Below are positions 15,396-20,000 of a DNA stretch of 20,000 nucleotides, piece by piece; within the stretch, counting starts at the first letter, position 1; the number at the start of each line of letters is the position of its first letter. The notes under the pieces are model-generated. The model worked only from the letters and a program-made list of their open reading frames with translations, made no database searches and had not been told where the DNA came from. The translations under genes and the position numbers were made by a program. The stretch lies in sequence record DRR723986_15960; one strand, 5' to 3'.

Positions 15396-15877
15396 ATTGT
15401 AGATTCTCTAAATTCACTTTCCTGATCTGGTGTTAGCCTAAGATCTTCTTTTATAATTGTTGTAGATGGTCTTATTAAAACCATATATGCTAATAGAACA
15501 GCAGATATAATTAGGTAGTATTGATTGCTCGTAATTATAAAAATTACAATACCTAATAATGCTGGAGCTTCTATGAGTGCTATCCTAATTATCCTTGCTG
15601 ATTGATACTGAGTTAATTTTTCCATTAAAGTTGATTTCGTCTGTATACTTTTTAGACTATTTCTAAAAATATAATTACTAGACAGTAATCCACCTATCGC
15701 AAATAATGGTATTAAATAGAAGAGGGTGTCATCTGGACTGGAAAAATTCATAACGGCGTTTTCCATGATGAAAATTGCTGCTGCCCCAAATAATAAAACC
15801 GCTATACAATAAGCATAGTGAATGATTGTAATTGTTTTAATAATTTGCTTTGGGTTTGATGGGCTCGTTTGAGTCAT
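15389..15877 (-). CDS. Hypothetical 4-TM membrane protein
   Basis: Four hydrophobic segments; KL..YQ.A.IIR.ALIE.PAL pattern; ATG 36 nt after the upstream gene. Confidence 0.75.
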   Translation of the reverse strand: MTQTSPSNPKQIIKTITIIHYAYCIAVLLFGAAAIFIMENAVMNFSSPDDTLFYLIPLFAIGGLLSSNYIFRNSLKSIQTKSTLMEKLTQYQSARIIRIALIEAPALLGIVIFIITSNQYYLIISAVLLAYMVLIRPSTTIIKEDLRLTPDQESEFRESTIK

Positions 15878-15913
15878 TAAATTAGTTTCTATTAATGAAT
15901 CTAAGATAAAAAA

Positions 15914-16615
15914 TTAATGACAGTCTATAGTACTTGTTGCCATTTCTACAATTGGAGCAGGTGAGATGTAAGGAATTCCAAGACCTAAGCCACGTAAAAT
16001 GAATAATACACCTATAATTACAACAAAAACAGGAATTGCCTTTTGTATCCGTTGCTTTACAGTACTATTAAGAAACTTACCTAGATAAATTGCAGAAGTC
16101 ATTAATGGAATTGTACCAATACCAAATAAAATCATATAGAAACTACCTTGAAGCAAACTACCTGTTGCAATAGATCCAAACACTGCCATATATACTAAGC
16201 CACATGGTAAGAAGCCATTTAAAAATCCAATTGTTAAAAACGTATCCGCAGTTTTCTTTTTTAGAGCTTGGCCTAAGCTGCTTTTGACTTTAGAAATAAG
16301 TCTATTTAGAGGTCTTGACAAATTGTATTTGCCAATAGTTTTATACGGAATTAAAACTAGGATTATCATTATAAAACCAATGGCGATAGACAATTGTTGC
16401 TGTAAGCCAAATATGTACAAACTTTTACCTACTAAGCCAAAAACGAGACCTATAATACTGTAAGCTAAAAGCCTACCAAAATGGTATATACTGATTTGAC
16501 TGACTTTTTTAAAAGAATTGCTTCGATTTACAGGCAACATAAATGCTATTGGGCCACACATACCTACACAATGTAAACTGCCTAATAAACCTAATATGAG
16601 TGCCGAAATGAGCAT
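15914..16615 (-). CDS. DsbD_2 / TauE-SafE-like membrane protein (cbb3 assembly-associated)
   Basis: GSLHCVGMCGP, Y..GR...Y, G.LNGFLPCGLVY, M..FG.GT.P; stop/start overlap with fixH. Confidence 0.88.
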   Translation of the reverse strand: MLISALILGLLGSLHCVGMCGPIAFMLPVNRSNSFKKVSQISIYHFGRLLAYSIIGLVFGLVGKSLYIFGLQQQLSIAIGFIMIILVLIPYKTIGKYNLSRPLNRLISKVKSSLGQALKKKTADTFLTIGFLNGFLPCGLVYMAVFGSIATGSLLQGSFYMILFGIGTIPLMTSAIYLGKFLNSTVKQRIQKAIPVFVVIIGVLFILRGLGLGIPYISPAPIVEMATSTIDCH

Positions 16616-17061
16616 TAGTATGTAATATCTGCTTTATATAAATAATCTTCTTTGTCGTAGGTCCAATATACCTTAATGTTCCAACGACCATCCAATAAAC
16701 GTTTGTCAGGTATGAGCAAATTGTGGTTAGATAAAGAAATAGGAATTTCAAAATCCAATTGTTTATTAGATGGTCTGTATAGGAACACTGTACCATCAAT
16801 ATTGTCTTTTTTTAAGTTTTCAGGAAACGTGAGTACAATACCTTCTTCTGTTTTTTTATGGGAAACATTTTTAGTTAAAGCATTACCTTTTTCTTCTTTG
16901 TCTATATCAGTTTGATATTTTAATTCTTCTTGATAATAATCTTCTGTTACTAAGTCGTGGTCGTATTTTTTATCAGTACTCATACTTATTACAAAGTACA
17001 TGATAAAGCCTATGAAGCCAATAAAGGCAATTACTATGGCTGTTCCCCAATTAATTTTCAT
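16615..17061 (-). CDS. fixH: FixH/CcoH family cbb3 oxidase maturation protein
   Basis: MKINWGT.I, single TM helix, DLV..DYY..EL.YQ, LYRPS....D; follows ccoG. Confidence 0.88.
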   Translation of the reverse strand: MKINWGTAIVIAFIGFIGFIMYFVISMSTDKKYDHDLVTEDYYQEELKYQTDIDKEEKGNALTKNVSHKKTEEGIVLTFPENLKKDNIDGTVFLYRPSNKQLDFEIPISLSNHNLLIPDKRLLDGRWNIKVYWTYDKEDYLYKADITY

Positions 17062-17071
17062 AACTCTTTTT

Positions 17072-18496
17072 TTAATTATAACTTCTTGGACCTAAGAAAC
17101 TGACAGTTGTAGTTTCGATGAGTTTATCACCCGAATATACCTCTATCATTAATCTGTTTTTATCACCTGATAAATCAGATTGATTTAATTCAATAAACAT
17201 AGTTCCTTCGGCTAATCCTTGTGGTTCTACCTCTAAAGTTTCCGAATTGGTAACTAATTTTATTTCACCTTTAAATTTTCTCAGTTTAAAGTTGACGTCT
17301 TTTATCGCTTCGCTGGTTTTATTAACTAATTTAAAGGTGTAAACATTACTAATAATGTTATTCTCTTTGTGTTCATAAAGTTGTCCAGGCAGTCTTAAAA
17401 CTCTTGCTTCTACATCATTTCTAAGAGCTAGCATACCAGCTAAAACACCAATTAATATTACTAAAACGGCAATGTAACCTTTCATTCGAGCTGTAAGCTT
17501 GAAAGGCACTTTTTTCTCTATATTTTCTTCACTTGCATAACGAATTAATCCTTTTGGCAGATTAATCTTCTCCATTATAGTATCACATTCATCAATACAT
17601 GCCGTACAGTTTACACACTCTAATTGTGTGCCATTTCTAATATCAATGCCTGTTGGACAGACATGCACACATTGAAAACAGTCAATACAATCACCATGAC
17701 CTAATTCTGCTCTATCTTCATTTTTTCTGAATTTTTTTCTTCCATTTTCGCCTTCACCGCGTTTATGGTCATAAGCAACAACAATAGACTTTGTGTCTAA
17801 TAGAACACCTTGTAATCGTCCGTAAGGGCATGCGATTATACAGACCTGTTCTCTAAACCAGGCAAAGACAAAATAGAATACTGCTGTGAAAATGAGCAAG
17901 GGTATTAATGTTCCCACATGCTCAAAGGGTCCTTCTTTTATATATCTTAAAAGCTTATCACTACCTATTAAATAAGCTAGGAAAATATTAGCGATTAAAA
18001 AAGATACTACTAAAAATATAAACCATTTAAACAGTCGTTTTCTAATTTTTTCAGCATCCCATTTTTGTTTAGCTAATTTTCTTTGCTTATTTCTGTCTCC
18101 ATCAATCCAAAATTCAATCCGCCTAAATACCATTTCCATAAAAATGGTTTGAGGGCAAATCCAACCGCAGAAAATACGACCAAACCCTACAGTAAAAAGT
18201 GTAATAAAGACAACACCTATGATCATTGATATAACAAAGAGGTGGAAGTCTTGTGGCCAAAATGGAAAACCAAATATGTTAAATCGTCTTTCTAATACAT
18301 TGAACATTAGAAATTGATTACGATTTATTTTTACAAATGGTGCAGCAAATAGAAAAGCGAGCAACGCATAACTAACAATTTTACGCTTATCATAAAATGG
18401 GCCAGATGGTTTCTTAGGAAATATCCAATTTCGTTTTCCTTCTTCATCTATAGTGGCTATAGAATCTCTAAAAACTTCATTTTCTGGTGTTTCCAT
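17072..18496 (-). CDS. ccoG: Cytochrome c oxidase accessory protein CcoG (4Fe-4S, cupric reductase family)
   Basis: GRIFCGWICPQT, REQVCIIACPYGRLQ, CIDCFQCVHVCPTGIDIR, ECVNCTACIDEC. Confidence 0.96.
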   Translation of the reverse strand: METPENEVFRDSIATIDEEGKRNWIFPKKPSGPFYDKRKIVSYALLAFLFAAPFVKINRNQFLMFNVLERRFNIFGFPFWPQDFHLFVISMIIGVVFITLFTVGFGRIFCGWICPQTIFMEMVFRRIEFWIDGDRNKQRKLAKQKWDAEKIRKRLFKWFIFLVVSFLIANIFLAYLIGSDKLLRYIKEGPFEHVGTLIPLLIFTAVFYFVFAWFREQVCIIACPYGRLQGVLLDTKSIVVAYDHKRGEGENGRKKFRKNEDRAELGHGDCIDCFQCVHVCPTGIDIRNGTQLECVNCTACIDECDTIMEKINLPKGLIRYASEENIEKKVPFKLTARMKGYIAVLVILIGVLAGMLALRNDVEARVLRLPGQLYEHKENNIISNVYTFKLVNKTSEAIKDVNFKLRKFKGEIKLVTNSETLEVEPQGLAEGTMFIELNQSDLSGDKNRLMIEVYSGDKLIETTTVSFLGPRSYN

Positions 18497-18520
18497 TTTG
18501 GGACAGCTTAATTTTACTAA

Positions 18521-19507
18521 TTAATTATTAGATGCAACTGTTGCAGTTTCCGTGATAACTTCTTCAGTAGCTTCAGACTCATTATTTGCTGGTTCCTCTC
18601 CATCTGAAGATTCTTCAGTTTCTAGAGTCTCATCCACCCAAATATCACCTTCTGCTGCTTTAGGCTCAGCAGGTGTAGTACCTTGAAATTGCAATACATA
18701 ACTAGAAACTTGTGCCATCTCTAAAGGACTTAAACCTTCTTTTTTCCAGGAGACCATACCTTTTCCATCTCTACCACCTTCAGAAACAGTTTTGAAAATA
18801 TTCTTAATACCACCACCTAAAATCCAGTATTCATCTGCTAAATTTGGTCCAATACCACCACCTCCATCGGCTTTATGGCAAGCTACACAGTTGGCAGCAA
18901 ATATTTTTTCACCTGCACTTAAGTCTGATGCGTCAGTTAAAACTTCTACGGTATTAAAATCCACTAAATTTTTAGCTGTTTTCTTATATTCCTCAATGGC
19001 TCGCTGTGCTTCGGCATATTCAATTTCGTATTCAGCAAACTGGTCATCTGCATTCAGTACGTGATATCTTACCATGTAAATCACACCAAAGACGATAGTC
19101 GCATAGAAACCATATAACCACCAGGGTGGAAGATTATTATCTAGCTCTTTAATACCATCGTAATTATGATCTAGTATTAATTCTCCTTCTTCCTCAATTG
19201 GTTTAGAGCCTAATAGTTTTAAGTATGTCTCCTTTACCCAAACGGTTAGTTTAGACGGAGCTGCTCTTTGAGCGTCATATCTTGCTTTAGCTTCTTCATC
19301 TAAACTTTGATAAAGTATGTTGTCCATAGAGCCAACAATACCTTCAATTGCTATTAATACTAATAATACTAGCAGTAAGAACAATAATATAATTGGTTGT
19401 TCCATAAATGCTGGTTGATCACCAGAATCTACAAAGTATTCTACTAGTCCTGCAATAGCAAAGAATATCACAGGAACTCTTATATATGATGGAATTAGAT
19501 TTTTCAT
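18521..19507 (-). CDS. ccoP: cbb3-type cytochrome c oxidase subunit III
   Basis: HNYDGIKELDNNLPPWW; one heme motif CVACH; GGGIGPNL.D.YW..GG; axial Met in KGMVSW. Confidence 0.95.
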   Translation of the reverse strand: MKNLIPSYIRVPVIFFAIAGLVEYFVDSGDQPAFMEQPIILLFLLLVLLVLIAIEGIVGSMDNILYQSLDEEAKARYDAQRAAPSKLTVWVKETYLKLLGSKPIEEEGELILDHNYDGIKELDNNLPPWWLYGFYATIVFGVIYMVRYHVLNADDQFAEYEIEYAEAQRAIEEYKKTAKNLVDFNTVEVLTDASDLSAGEKIFAANCVACHKADGGGGIGPNLADEYWILGGGIKNIFKTVSEGGRDGKGMVSWKKEGLSPLEMAQVSSYVLQFQGTTPAEPKAAEGDIWVDETLETEESSDGEEPANNESEATEEVITETATVASNN

Positions 19508-19689
19508 GATTTAGTGTCGTTTTGTGTTTCTAATGGAATATTACTAACAGTTGATATATATTCTTTTTTTGCAGTAAATACCCAATAGAATAAGACTACA
19601 AAGAAGATAAAGAATATGAGAAGGGAAATCAGAGGGTATATTTCTATACCTGTGATACTCTCCATATGATTTTTTACAAATTTTAGCAT
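19504..19689 (-). CDS. ccoQ: cbb3-type cytochrome c oxidase subunit CcoQ
   Basis: 61 aa, single TM helix, C-terminal ..IPLE; between ccoO and ccoP, ATGA overlap with ccoP. Confidence 0.9.
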   Translation of the reverse strand: MLKFVKNHMESITGIEIYPLISLLIFFIFFVVLFYWVFTAKKEYISTVSNIPLETQNDTKS

Positions 19690-19696
19690 GATGTTC

Positions 19697-20000
19697 TTAG
19701 TTTTGAGCGGTTGTATTAGTTATATCTTTCACTTTAATGTCAGTACCTAAACGCTGTAAATAAGCAATCATAGCTACAATTTCTCTATTTCGCATTTCAA
19801 CAAAATCTGATCCACCAGCTTGTTTGTCGGCTTCATATGTTTTAACGAAATCAGGGTCGTTATATAAATTCTGTTCAATTTGAGTTCCTTGTTCTAACAT
19901 TGAAGCTTGTGCATTTGCGATGTCTTCTTCAGTGTATGGAACACCTAAACTTACCATTACCTCCATTTTCTTTTCGGTCATGGATTTATCGAGCTCGTTT
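19697..20000 (-). CDS. ccoO: C-terminus of cbb3 oxidase subunit II (CcoO; commonly a CcoN-CcoO fusion in Bacteroidota); the gene starts beyond the window
   Basis: LGVPY and EIVAMIAYLQRLGTDI motifs; the frame stays open to the window edge (..NELDKS-MTEKKM), so the track's ATG at 19981 is internal. Confidence 0.92.
   Translation of the reverse strand, partial: NELDKSMTEKKMEVMVSLGVPYTEEDIANAQASMLEQGTQIEQNLYNDPDFVKTYEADKQAGGSDFVEMRNREIVAMIAYLQRLGTDIKVKDITNTTAQN

Noticed and set aside
1919-19064. Short alternative ORFs in the track (1919-2107, 3351-3563, 3819-4061, 6975-7166, 9391-9573, 9618-9836, 12175-12438, 14247-14468, 14393-14614, 16509-16799, 16676-16915, 18792-19064)
   Set aside because: All overlap well-supported genes in another frame or strand and show no recognisable motifs

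Overview
AT-rich, gene-dense chromosomal segment of a Flavobacteriaceae (Bacteroidota) bacterium, judged from gldI, Bacteroidota-type TTG-N19/20-TAnnTTTG promoters and the cbb3 operon layout. In order: the 3' end of pepD; a minus-strand operon of a DHH phosphoesterase, gldI and a cyclophilin-FKBP dual PPIase; ndk; a secreted beta-lactamase-family serine hydrolase coupled to an N-terminally truncated oxidoreductase remnant; a plus-strand signalling operon (DUF2141, TPR-like secreted protein, LytS-type kinase with a fused 2TM domain, three stand-alone 2TM proteins, LytTR regulator); a LETM1-related protein; Cu/Zn SOD; a YdeI/OmpD-associated protein; hemN-usp; and the distal part of the cbb3 oxidase operon (ccoO end, ccoQ, ccoP, ccoG, fixH, DsbD_2/TauE-like, small membrane protein). 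I see no RNA genes, mobile elements or CRISPR arrays. The best candidate for a poorly described system is the 2TM/LytS/LytTR operon. It has a near-consensus LytTR direct repeat in its own promoter and four paralogous 2TM domains, whose two intramembrane histidines are lost only in the kinase-fused copy. All family assignments come from motif recognition by eye, not from database searches.
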